Virus record (IMG/VR): IMGVR_UViG_3300021085_002380
Origin: a virus
Reading direction: 5' to 3' (one strand)
Length of the DNA: 64,000 nucleotides
The stretch's first letter is position 1, and each line of letters opens with the position of its first letter. Below are positions 27,536 through 35,938 of the stretch, piece by piece. The translations under genes were made by a program, and so were the position numbers. The notes beneath the pieces are model-generated. The model ran no database searches. It was not told where the DNA came from and saw nothing but the letters and a program-made list of their open reading frames with translations.

Positions 27536-27793
27536 ATGACAAATGATGAAATGAAAGATAGCCTGCACCAAGGCATGTGTAAAGTTGTTTTTACAAAAAA
27601 GAATGGTGACGAACGCATTATGCATTGTACCCTTCAAGAATCAATGTTACCAGAGCAAATGGACATTGAAGAAGAAATTCAAAAAAAGAAACCAAACCCT
27701 GATGTCCTAGCAGTATGGGATGTTGAAGCCAAAGGTTGGCGTTCATTCCGTTGGGACTCAATTAAAGATTTTAGTACGGAGTTTAATCTATGA
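27536..27793 (+). CDS. WYL_2/DUF2693-like SH3 beta-barrel protein
   Basis: VVFTKKNGDERIMHCTL...VWDVEAKGWRSFR. Confidence 0.7.
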   Translation: MTNDEMKDSLHQGMCKVVFTKKNGDERIMHCTLQESMLPEQMDIEEEIQKKKPNPDVLAVWDVEAKGWRSFRWDSIKDFSTEFNL

Positions 27794-28752
27794 GCTGTAT
27801 TTACCAAGGTAAAATTATTGAAACAGAACAGTCCAAAAATTCATTAGGTGGAACTGAAATGATGCGTCAGCGCGTTATTGATAATGTGCAAAGTGATATC
27901 TTGCAGGATTTTGCTATTCACTTCTCACGCCCTCGTGAAATGTACACTAACGTAAAAAACATTATGTACTGCCACGACTTGGCTGAAGATCCTGAAAACA
28001 AAGTTCTTACAAATAACGGATGGAAAGAATTTGACCATTTTGTTTTCGTAACAGCGTGGCAACGAGACATGTACATTGCTTATTATAACATTCCGTACTC
28101 AATGTGTTCAGTAATTCCTAATGCTGTTGAAAAGCCTTATAATCCAAAACTTGATAAAGATGCAAATGAAATCCGTTTGATTTATCATACCACTCCGCAT
28201 CGTGGTCTTGAGCTCTTATATCCAATCGTAGACGCATTGTCTAAAGATTATCCAAACATTCATCTTGATGTATATTCTTCCTTTGCAATTTATGGGTGGG
28301 TTGAACGCGATGATCCGTATGTTGAATTGTTTACGAAAATCCATGCTCACCCTAATATGACATATCACGGCTCAGTTTCTAACGAAAAAGTACTCTCCGC
28401 ATTGGATAAATCTCATATCTTCCTATACCCAAACATTTGGAAAGAAACATCTTGCATTGCGTTGATTGAAGCAATTAAGAGTGGCTTGCTTTGTATCCAT
28501 CCAAATTATGGTGGACTAACTGAAACCGCAGCTAACGCAACAATTACATATGATTGGCATGAGGATCCTAACGTCCATGCTAATCGAGCTTTTTCAGTTG
28601 TAAAGCAGGTATTGGATATTCAAAAGCAAGATCCAAACTTCATTCCAAAGTTTACAACGTCAGACCGCTTTAATTTAGCACGGAACAGTATAAATAGTTT
28701 TGCGAATAGTTGGAACAGACTGCTCCAAGATTTAAATAACGATGGAAAATAA
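27790..28752 (+). CDS. GT-B glycosyltransferase (GT4-like)
   Basis: GGTE, VIPNAV, TTPHRGLELL and YPNIWKETSCIALIEA. Confidence 0.8.
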   Translation: MSCIYQGKIIETEQSKNSLGGTEMMRQRVIDNVQSDILQDFAIHFSRPREMYTNVKNIMYCHDLAEDPENKVLTNNGWKEFDHFVFVTAWQRDMYIAYYNIPYSMCSVIPNAVEKPYNPKLDKDANEIRLIYHTTPHRGLELLYPIVDALSKDYPNIHLDVYSSFAIYGWVERDDPYVELFTKIHAHPNMTYHGSVSNEKVLSALDKSHIFLYPNIWKETSCIALIEAIKSGLLCIHPNYGGLTETAANATITYDWHEDPNVHANRAFSVVKQVLDIQKQDPNFIPKFTTSDRFNLARNSINSFANSWNRLLQDLNNDGK

Positions 28753-28755
28753 GTT

Positions 28756-29118
28756 ATGTCTAATGTTATAGAATTTCCTATAAAGGATAAAGTTAACGCG
28801 TCTGCAAAAACACGCGAAGAACTTCAGCAAACTATTGTTGACTATAAAGAAGAAATAGCTGAAGAAGCGTCTGAATATTTGTGGAGAAATCTCCTTGGTG
28901 AAATGTCACGGATGGGATGTGATTTTGATAAAGAAATCAAAGTGCATTTTCCATCCATGGTATTAGTACTTGAATCAATTAGGTCCTTACACCTACAAGC
29001 TCATGGTGTCCACCATCCACTGCAAGATTTTGCAACAGAATTTGTTGATGTTGAAGAAATAGAAAATTTTGAGGCAGAAGCTAAAAAAATGGTTGACATT
29101 GACGAAGAGTTAGATTAG
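28756..29118 (+). CDS. Conserved hypothetical protein
   Basis: Starts MSNVIEFP; contains ESIRSL...HPLQ. Confidence 0.6.
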   Translation: MSNVIEFPIKDKVNASAKTREELQQTIVDYKEEIAEEASEYLWRNLLGEMSRMGCDFDKEIKVHFPSMVLVLESIRSLHLQAHGVHHPLQDFATEFVDVEEIENFEAEAKKMVDIDEELD

Positions 29119-29121
29119 AAT
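29093..29121 (+). promoter_or_regulatory. sigma70 promoter for rnh (no GANTC)
   Basis: TTGACA-N17-TAGAAT. Confidence 0.6.
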
Positions 29122-29158
29122 AGTAAGTATTAGATAAAATTGAAACAGAGAAAATAAA

Positions 29159-30019
29159 ATGGCAATTCTAGTAGATTACAACCAAGTTATCCTTGCTTCG
29201 CTATTCGCAAGCATCGGTAACCATCATAATGTGGACATTGACGAAAATCTTATCCGTCATATGTTCCTAAATTCAATCCGGTCTAACCGTAAAAAGTTTA
29301 CCGAACAATATGGAGAAATCGTAATATGTGCTGATGGCAAAAATACATGGCGTCGTGAGCTATATCCTTATTACAAAGCTAATCGTAAAAAGTCTCGTGA
29401 TGAGTCTGAACTTGATTGGACTCAGCTATTTGGTATTATGAATACCATCCGAGATGAGCTTAAGGAATTCTTTCCATACAAAGTTATTCATATGGACCAT
29501 CTTGAGGCTGATGATATCATTGGTACCATCATCCATGAAAACGGTGCTATCTTAAACGGCGGTGCAGAACCTTTCTTGGTTCTATCCGGTGATAAAGATT
29601 ACATCCAATTACATACGTATGCTAATGTGGATCAGTTTGACCCAGTTCGTAAACGTTGGATCCGTAATGACAATCCTGACCAATATTTGGTTGAGCACGT
29701 CTTAAAAGGTGACACTGGTGATGGTGTTCCGAATATTCTTTCACCAGACAATTGTTTAGCTGTTGGCCAACGCCAAAAACCTATGACCAAAAAACGCCTT
29801 GAGCAATTCCGCAATGGCACGGATGGTATGGATGAAGAAACATTACGACGCTATCACCGTAATAAAACCATGATTGATTTGTCTCAAATTCCGGCAAATT
29901 ACCAAACAGCAATTCTTGAAGAGTACAGCATTGACAAAGAAGTTGGTCGTTCAGAACTCTTTAACTTTTTTGTTAATCGCAAACTCAAAAACCTAATTTC
30001 AGACATACAGGATTTTTAA
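29159..30019 (+). CDS. rnh: T4 RNase H (5'-3' exonuclease)
   Basis: WRR..YPYYKANRK, EADDIIG, SGDKDY.QL and KGDTGDGVPN. Confidence 0.93.
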   Translation: MAILVDYNQVILASLFASIGNHHNVDIDENLIRHMFLNSIRSNRKKFTEQYGEIVICADGKNTWRRELYPYYKANRKKSRDESELDWTQLFGIMNTIRDELKEFFPYKVIHMDHLEADDIIGTIIHENGAILNGGAEPFLVLSGDKDYIQLHTYANVDQFDPVRKRWIRNDNPDQYLVEHVLKGDTGDGVPNILSPDNCLAVGQRQKPMTKKRLEQFRNGTDGMDEETLRRYHRNKTMIDLSQIPANYQTAILEEYSIDKEVGRSELFNFFVNRKLKNLISDIQDF

Positions 30020-30460
30020 ATGGCAGTTAGAAGATCAATTTCAGAAATCATAAATAAAGCAATAGAAATACCAGTTAAAAAAGATAAAGCAGCGTGGCTT
30101 CAGGAAAACGAATCCGCTCCGCTAAAAACTATCCTCAAATATTGGTTTGACGAATCTATTGAGTTTTTGATTCCTGATACACCACCACCTTGGAAAAAGA
30201 ACGAATACGAAGACGAAGCTAAAAGTTTGTTATACCATGAAGCACGTCGACTTAAGATCTTTGTCAAAGGTGGAGGGTATGATAATCTTAACCAAATCAA
30301 GCGTGAAAGTTTATTCATTAGCTTGTTAGAAGATGTTGATAATGATGACGCTGAAATGCTATGCAAAATGATTACTAGAAAATCGCCAAAAGGATTGTCC
30401 TTAAAGACAGTCATGACGGCATTTCCTGACTTAATTGAAATTAAAGAAACAGTATCATAG
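30020..30460 (+). CDS. Conserved T4-like hypothetical protein
   Basis: Follows rnh; L..E.RRL..F.KGG...KRESLFI.LLE pattern. Confidence 0.65.
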   Translation: MAVRRSISEIINKAIEIPVKKDKAAWLQENESAPLKTILKYWFDESIEFLIPDTPPPWKKNEYEDEAKSLLYHEARRLKIFVKGGGYDNLNQIKRESLFISLLEDVDNDDAEMLCKMITRKSPKGLSLKTVMTAFPDLIEIKETVS

Positions 30461-30469
30461 GAAAGACTA

Positions 30470-30643
30470 ATGGCTAAAAGTTTTAAAGAGTTCCGCGAAG
30501 ATTGGGAACACGACGAATGGGGTCACAACGAAGAACGGAGCGTACGCAGTAAGGAAAAGCGTATGAAAAACCGTCGTGATAAAAAGAAACTGAAACGGCA
30601 AGAAAGAAATTCCCATCTTGATACTGAAGAACAAAAAAGGTAA
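30470..30643 (+). CDS. Small basic protein with CTS-like start (57 aa, not in ORF track)
   Basis: AGGA RBS; MAKSFKEFREDW...KRMKNRRDKKKLKR. Confidence 0.55.
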   Translation: MAKSFKEFREDWEHDEWGHNEERSVRSKEKRMKNRRDKKKLKRQERNSHLDTEEQKR

Positions 30644-30662
30644 TTCTTTTTCATATTAACTA

Positions 30663-30721
30663 TTGACATTTGAGTACAAATAGGTTATATTGATTCTATA
30701 AGGTAAAACAAAAGGAATCAA
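30663..30721 (+). promoter_or_regulatory. sigma70 early promoter/leader cassette with TGATTC
   Basis: TTGACA-N17-TATATT-GATTCT; 37 nt identical to 34208-34244. Confidence 0.8.
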
Positions 30722-30725
30722 TCTT

Positions 30726-31118
30726 ATGGGTACTTCATCAATGATCGCAAACTACAACGAAGACGGCACAGTTACAGCAACATATTGCCATTACGATGGT
30801 TATCTTGCTTACAACGGCCGTCTTCTTTTTGAAGCCTATAACACACCTGAGAAGGCTAAAGCAGTAGCAAATGCTGGTTATATCTCAGGTCTGAAAGAAG
30901 ACCTACAAACATCTTTAGATGAGTCGGTCCATTCAAACCAATCCCCTGTTACATACAATTCAGTTGAAGACTTCCTGGCAAACGGCCGTGAGTTTGCTTG
31001 TGCTGATTATCTTTACCTGTTTGACGGAGACGCATGGTTCTATGCTTCAACGCCTGCCCAGGAAGGTACATGGTTAATGGAAGAAGTTGAAATGAATTTA
31101 AATGAGGTAGCTGCATAA
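30726..31118 (+). CDS. Conserved phage early protein
   Basis: MGT.S.I...YCHYDGY...G motif. Confidence 0.7.
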   Translation: MGTSSMIANYNEDGTVTATYCHYDGYLAYNGRLLFEAYNTPEKAKAVANAGYISGLKEDLQTSLDESVHSNQSPVTYNSVEDFLANGREFACADYLYLFDGDAWFYASTPAQEGTWLMEEVEMNLNEVAA

Positions 31119-31124
31119 TAACTA

Positions 31125-31153
31125 TTGACATTTGCTCGCGAATCAGATAGATT
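31125..31153 (+). promoter_or_regulatory. sigma70 early promoter with CGAATCA in the spacer
   Basis: TTGACA-N17-TAGATT; the spacer site reads TGATTCG on the - strand. Confidence 0.75.
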
Positions 31154-31179
31154 GTATATATCAACAAAGGAAAATGAAA

Positions 31180-31452
31180 ATGAAAAAGTTAAACCAAACA
31201 ACACTGAAAACAATCCGCAACGCTGACAAGGATACACTTGACGCAATTATCGCGGAAGTCAAAAACCGTCAACGCCAAATGCAGCGTGAAATCGGAAATG
31301 CGTTCAACGTCGGAGATAAAGTTTGGTTTGACGCAAATCGTCGTGGTCGCATTGAAGGTATGATTTCAAAAATCAACCAAAAGACTATCGTCGTTAAAAC
31401 ACCTACCGTAACTTGGAAAGTTACACCATCACTATTAAAGAAAGTAGCCTAA
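31180..31452 (+). CDS. Small early protein with SH3/KOW-like C-terminus
   Basis: FNVGDKVWF...G.I.KINQKT..V...WKV.PSLL; start re-placed after the AAGGA RBS. Confidence 0.6.
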   Translation: MKKLNQTTLKTIRNADKDTLDAIIAEVKNRQRQMQREIGNAFNVGDKVWFDANRRGRIEGMISKINQKTIVVKTPTVTWKVTPSLLKKVA

Positions 31453-31453
31453 T

Positions 31454-32065
31454 ATGTATAACCGTTCTAATGAAACAATTGCTGATAAAGTCATCCTAGT
31501 TGACGTTGACGGTGTACTCCTTGACTGGGAGTATGCCTTCACAGGTTGGATGCAAAAGCATAACTATGAAATCCAAGAAGGTATGGAAGATCAATATGAT
31601 ATGACCCTTCGTTATGGACTCAAAGTTGAAGATAAAGAACGGATTGTTCGTATGTTCAACGAGTCTGCTTGGATCCGTAAACTTCCACCTTTGCGTGATG
31701 CAATCAAATATGTTCGGAAACTCCATGAAGAACATGGATATGTGTTCCGAGTAATCAGTTCATTGAGTGACTGCTATTACTCTCAACATCTTCGGACTAA
31801 AAACTTGATTGAAATGTTTGGTCCTAGTGTCTTTGAAAACTTTGTCTATCTTGACACAGGTGCCGATAAAGATGATGCTCTTGAGCAGTATCGTGGAACC
31901 GGTTGCTTTTGGGTTGAAGATAAACCACAGAATGCCGACCTTGGCTCTGAGCTTGGTTTGGAAGCAATCCTAGTTAATCACCATCATAATGAAAATGTTG
32001 AGATTAACCCTGCAACCACTCGTGTAAATAATTGGAAAGAAATTTATGAATTAATCGCTGGATAA
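31454..32065 (+). CDS. HAD-family 5'(3')-deoxyribonucleotidase-like (T4 gp30.2-like)
   Basis: ILVDVDGVLLDW and WVEDKPQNA. Confidence 0.75.
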   Translation: MYNRSNETIADKVILVDVDGVLLDWEYAFTGWMQKHNYEIQEGMEDQYDMTLRYGLKVEDKERIVRMFNESAWIRKLPPLRDAIKYVRKLHEEHGYVFRVISSLSDCYYSQHLRTKNLIEMFGPSVFENFVYLDTGADKDDALEQYRGTGCFWVEDKPQNADLGSELGLEAILVNHHHNENVEINPATTRVNNWKEIYELIAG

Positions 32066-32076
32066 CTATTTTGAAT

Positions 32077-32084
32077 TATAAATA
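32077..32084 (+). promoter_or_regulatory. T4-type late promoter
   Basis: Exact intergenic TATAAATA. Confidence 0.6.
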
Positions 32085-32134
32085 GTTTTAACAATGAAAT
32101 AGATTATGAAATAATTTGAAATAGAGGAGACTTC

Positions 32135-32371
32135 ATGCCGACTTATACGTTTGAAGATACAAACACTGGTGAAATATTTGACAAAGTTATGAAGATTTCA
32201 GATAGAGATCTTTTCCTCGAAGAAAACCCTAATATAACTCAAAGAATTGGACGGCCACCGTCAATAGGTGATGCCGTGCGTCTCGGGCGATTGAAGCCTG
32301 ACGACGGTTTTCGTGATGTGCTTCGTAATGTTCAACATCATCATAAAAAGGATAACATAAACACTTGGTAA
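32135..32371 (+). CDS. FmdB-like small protein
   Basis: Starts MPTYTF...TGE; GAGGAG RBS; precedes phoH. Confidence 0.6.
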   Translation: MPTYTFEDTNTGEIFDKVMKISDRDLFLEENPNITQRIGRPPSIGDAVRLGRLKPDDGFRDVLRNVQHHHKKDNINTW

Positions 32372-32406
32372 ACCGTTGTGTTATTCGGATATAACAAGGA
32401 GGTTTC

Positions 32407-33156
32407 ATGGCTAGACAGCGAAGACTATCCAGGAAAGAACGACGTAGACAAGAACGAGAAGAGGAAAACATGATGCGTGTTTTAAACACCAAGTTTTCAA
32501 TGCGGGCAGTTAAACCGCTAACACCATCTCAATCTGATTTATTTAATTCTTACGAAAGAGGGTATAATCTCGCAGCCATAGGAACAGCAGGTACAGGAAA
32601 AACAATGTGTGCTACATACTTGGCACTCAATGATGTACTACAGAAAGGAGAGTATGAAAAGGTCGTCATAATTAGATCTGCAGTTCAAACACGCGAGCAA
32701 GGCTTTATGCCTGGGTCAAAGGCCCAAAAGGAGGCGGTATTCGAAGGTCCGTATACCGACATCGTTAACGATCTATTTAGCAGAGGAGATGCTTATCAAG
32801 TTTTAAAACAAAAAGGTATGATTGAATTTATGAGTTCATCGTTTGTAAGAGGACTCACGTTTGATAATTCAGTCATTATAGTAGACGAATGTCAATCTAT
32901 GACGTACCATGAACTTGATACTATTATCACACGTGTAGGAGAGTCCTCAAAGATTATCTTCTGCGGTGATACAAAGCAAGACGATCTTCAACAATCTCGA
33001 AACAGAGCAGATATCTCAGGTCTTTACGATTTTGTAAAGGTTCTAAATGCTATCCCATCTTTTGGTGTGGTAAGATTTGGAGTTGAAGATATTGTTCGTT
33101 CAGGATTAGTTAAAGAATATATAATTGCAAAAGAAAAACTTTTAGAGGCTGCATAA
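32407..33156 (+). CDS. phoH: PhoH-family ATPase
   Basis: GTAGTGKT, RSAV...GFMPG, FVRGLTF, IVDECQ, TRVG, GDTKQ.D and DIVRSGLV. Confidence 0.93.
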   Translation: MARQRRLSRKERRRQEREEENMMRVLNTKFSMRAVKPLTPSQSDLFNSYERGYNLAAIGTAGTGKTMCATYLALNDVLQKGEYEKVVIIRSAVQTREQGFMPGSKAQKEAVFEGPYTDIVNDLFSRGDAYQVLKQKGMIEFMSSSFVRGLTFDNSVIIVDECQSMTYHELDTIITRVGESSKIIFCGDTKQDDLQQSRNRADISGLYDFVKVLNAIPSFGVVRFGVEDIVRSGLVKEYIIAKEKLLEAA

Positions 33157-33509
33157 TGGCGTTAGCTGCACGCGGAGACACAATAGAAACAGTAGATACA
33201 GTTCATCCAGCATCAGGAGATGCGGTGGCAAACGATGGATCTAATTGTGACGTAAATTCAATAAACACTTCAACAGACGCGTGTAGCGGAAAAGTTTTTG
33301 CACAAGGTATCGGCGTTGTCAGATTTGGCGATGCCGTTACCAATCATATACAAGGCGGTGTTTGTACTAATCATGCAATCGCGCCTACTCTTAACACAGG
33401 TTCATCTAAGGTGAAAATTGAAGGAAAGAAAGCAGGGCGCAAAGGTGATACATATTCTTGCTCTGCTGAAATCAAAACAGGAGCGCCTAAAGTAGATATA
33501 GGCGGCTAA
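33156..33509 (+). CDS. PAAR-like baseplate spike tip protein (gp5.4-like)
   Basis: LAARGD, VVRFGD..H, GSSKV.IEGKKAGRKGD and TGAPKVDIG repeats. Confidence 0.7.
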   Translation: MALAARGDTIETVDTVHPASGDAVANDGSNCDVNSINTSTDACSGKVFAQGIGVVRFGDAVTNHIQGGVCTNHAIAPTLNTGSSKVKIEGKKAGRKGDTYSCSAEIKTGAPKVDIGG

Positions 33510-33517
33510 TTTATATT

Positions 33518-34189
33518 ATGTTTAATCATGTAGAGCACGGCGTGGTGCTTCCCAAATTAACACGTGAAACAACTACAACTGGTAGAAAATACTTTACACC
33601 AGAAGGAAACGCATATCCGTCAATCACAACGGTTCTTGGCGTATTAAATAAAGAAGGAATTCTTGCGTGGCGTCAAAGAGTTGGCGAAGCGGAAGCAAAT
33701 AGAATATCACAGCAAGCCGCCACTCGTGGTACGGCGGTACACAAACTTGCAGAAGATTATTTAGATAATAAAGAGGATTGGAACAAAGGTGCAATGCCTT
33801 CAAATCTCCAATCCTTTAATGATTTAAAATCTATACTTGACCAACGTTTAAACAATGTTTGGTTTCAAGAAGAGTTCTTATACTCTGATAGACTAAAATG
33901 CGCAGGACAGGTTGACTGCATCGCTGAGTTTGACGGTCAACTTTCTATTGTTGATTTTAAAACATCAAGGAAACCAAAGAAAGAGGAATGGATTACTAAT
34001 TACTTTATTCAAGCATCTTTTTACGCCGCTGCATTTTATGAAAGAACCTCCATACCAATTAAACAAGGCGTGATCTTGATAACCGTAGACGGTTCAGAAC
34101 CACAAGTCTTTAAAGTTAACACTTACGATTATTTAGAACATTTTATTGCAGTACGAAAAAAGTACAAAGAAATGAAAGAACGCCATTGA
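33518..34189 (+). CDS. PD-(D/E)XK exonuclease
   Basis: YPSITTVL, RGTAVH, AGQVDCIAE...IVDFKTS and YFIQ..Y. Confidence 0.85.
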   Translation: MFNHVEHGVVLPKLTRETTTTGRKYFTPEGNAYPSITTVLGVLNKEGILAWRQRVGEAEANRISQQAATRGTAVHKLAEDYLDNKEDWNKGAMPSNLQSFNDLKSILDQRLNNVWFQEEFLYSDRLKCAGQVDCIAEFDGQLSIVDFKTSRKPKKEEWITNYFIQASFYAAAFYERTSIPIKQGVILITVDGSEPQVFKVNTYDYLEHFIAVRKKYKEMKERH

Positions 34190-34244
34190 CATTCATTATG
34201 AAATGGTTTATATTGATTCTATAAGGTAAAACAAAAGGAATCAA
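34186..34244 (+). promoter_or_regulatory. sigma70 early promoter/leader cassette with TGATTC
   Basis: TTGACA-N17-TATATT-GATTCT; 37 nt identical to 30685-30721. Confidence 0.8.
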
Positions 34245-34245
34245 A

Positions 34246-34545
34246 ATGACAAAGTTCAACAAAACAGACTTCAGCTACCACGGTGGATATCTTATGTACA
34301 CAGGTTCGTATGAAGGCCAACCAGTATATGAAGACAGTGAAAGAGTTCACCCTTCAAATGTTGGTCGTGGCATTGACCTTTTCATTGCTCGGTTCAAGTA
34401 CCGTGGAAGTCCTATCAAAATGGGAGCTTTCAAAAAGTTCCTTATCAACAACTTCACCGTTGAAGAATATGCTGCAGCTCGTAAGGTTGAAGGAATTGAA
34501 AGTTCACCTCTTAAAATCTTAGAATCGAAAGGATTTGCTGTATGA
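34246..34545 (+). CDS. Conserved phage early protein
   Basis: F.YHGGYL.Y...FIARFKY...FLINNFTVEEY. Confidence 0.65.
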   Translation: MTKFNKTDFSYHGGYLMYTGSYEGQPVYEDSERVHPSNVGRGIDLFIARFKYRGSPIKMGAFKKFLINNFTVEEYAAARKVEGIESSPLKILESKGFAV

Positions 34546-35111
34546 ATATATTTGTATTATCAGAAGAGCCGCGAGAAGCGGCTCAGATGGTCTGCGACAA
34601 ACACTGTAGTAAAATGATTATTGAGTCTGGACAAATGCTGTCCACTGCACATCGTATGCTTGACGGATATATGGAAAAGCGTCCTTCAAAGTCAGGTAAG
34701 GTCATGGTTAAGTACTTTGTCCATCCTAATAATAATCTTGAAGAAACGCTTTACAAAGCAGTACATCACGGACATCCATGCACAGTATGGTCTATGAAAT
34801 CAAAGGCCAATTATCTATGGCATTATGAGCACTTTCTCGGGCTTATAGATGAGTTTCTGGTACGCTACAAAAAGCTTCATATGACTGCAAACAAGTTGAC
34901 TGAAGTTCTTGCTAATCCGCCGGAAAATATACCAGACATAGGTCTAACCGAATTTCCACAAGCAATGAATAACTTTCCGTTATGCAAGGTTGAAGGCAAT
35001 CCAGTTGCAGCATATCGTAAATATTATCATATGACTAAAGACTTTGCTGTATGGAATAAAGGGCGTTCTGCTCCTGATTGGTGGCAAGGTTTTCAAGGAT
35101 ATCCAGCTTGA
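34542..35111 (+). CDS. Pyrimidine-dimer DNA glycosylase family protein
   Basis: MNIFVL...A....CDKH..KM..E..QMLSTAH, HPCTVW and V.AYR.YY. Confidence 0.75.
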   Translation: MNIFVLSEEPREAAQMVCDKHCSKMIIESGQMLSTAHRMLDGYMEKRPSKSGKVMVKYFVHPNNNLEETLYKAVHHGHPCTVWSMKSKANYLWHYEHFLGLIDEFLVRYKKLHMTANKLTEVLANPPENIPDIGLTEFPQAMNNFPLCKVEGNPVAAYRKYYHMTKDFAVWNKGRSAPDWWQGFQGYPA

Positions 35112-35440
35112 GATACATAATAATTGACCAAGAGATGGGTGTGTTTCTCGGCACTCATCGAATGCCACTTCAAGGAGCTGGCGGTCCTATAAACATTATG
35201 AGAATATTTTCAAAAAACGATATGTTTGGTATCAGCAGAGCATATTCTTTTGATACTAAAAAAGATGCGTTTAAATATATGCAAGCATTCTTAATAGAGG
35301 ACTATCCTCTTTGTAAAATTGTGGAAGTAGAATCAAGTGGTCAATATGTTGATGTTATAGATTTAATTAAGTCAGGATACACTCAATACACACATGACAT
35401 GGTTGACGCGTTGCCGATGGACAACGAAACTATCCACTAA
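35108..35440 (+). CDS. Hypothetical protein (start uncertain)
   Basis: ORF fills the gap; a TTG at 35108 follows AAGGA. Confidence 0.5.
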   Translation: MRYIIIDQEMGVFLGTHRMPLQGAGGPINIMRIFSKNDMFGISRAYSFDTKKDAFKYMQAFLIEDYPLCKIVEVESSGQYVDVIDLIKSGYTQYTHDMVDALPMDNETIH

Positions 35441-35468
35441 TTTTTTTCAATTTAATTTCATTTTATTG

Positions 35469-35497
35469 TTGACATTTCGTTTAGAATCAGTTATATT
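35469..35497 (+). promoter_or_regulatory. sigma70 early promoter with GAATCA in the spacer
   Basis: TTGACA-N17-TATATT; AGAATCAG in the spacer. Confidence 0.8.
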
Positions 35498-35527
35498 ATT
35501 AATATAACAAATGAAAAGGAATCAGTC

Positions 35528-35875
35528 ATGACAAGTCAAACTCAACTTTTTTGGAAAGAAACACCACTTGCAAACGTAGCTGCGTTAGTTGCGAAATTTC
35601 GTGGTTATGCACAAGATGAAGAAGCAATTGAAAACGACATGGCTGATATGTATAACGAAGACGCTGACGATTTTCACAAAGCAATCGTTTTGTTTCGTCA
35701 GTCAGATTGCGAAGGTTTAGCTGAACATATTAATCGTATGGATACATCTCCTCGTGAAGACTTGGTTGAAGCTTTTTGGTTTGACTGCGGCAATGAATTC
35801 GTTGAAAAAAACCTTGGGTTTGAAATGAGTCAATCTTGGATTGATTTTCAAAATGAATTAAAAGTTGCAGTTTAA
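35528..35875 (+). CDS. Hypothetical acidic early protein
   Basis: Has its own promoter and RBS. Confidence 0.65.
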   Translation: MTSQTQLFWKETPLANVAALVAKFRGYAQDEEAIENDMADMYNEDADDFHKAIVLFRQSDCEGLAEHINRMDTSPREDLVEAFWFDCGNEFVEKNLGFEMSQSWIDFQNELKVAV

Positions 35876-35878
35876 CTA

Positions 35879-35907
35879 TTGACATTATGATGGAATCAGT
35901 ATATACT
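35879..35907 (+). promoter_or_regulatory. sigma70 early promoter with GAATCA in the spacer
   Basis: TTGACA-N17-TATACT; GGAATCAG in the spacer. Confidence 0.8.
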
Positions 35908-35938
35908 AGTTATATACAAAATGAAAAGGAAATAACAA

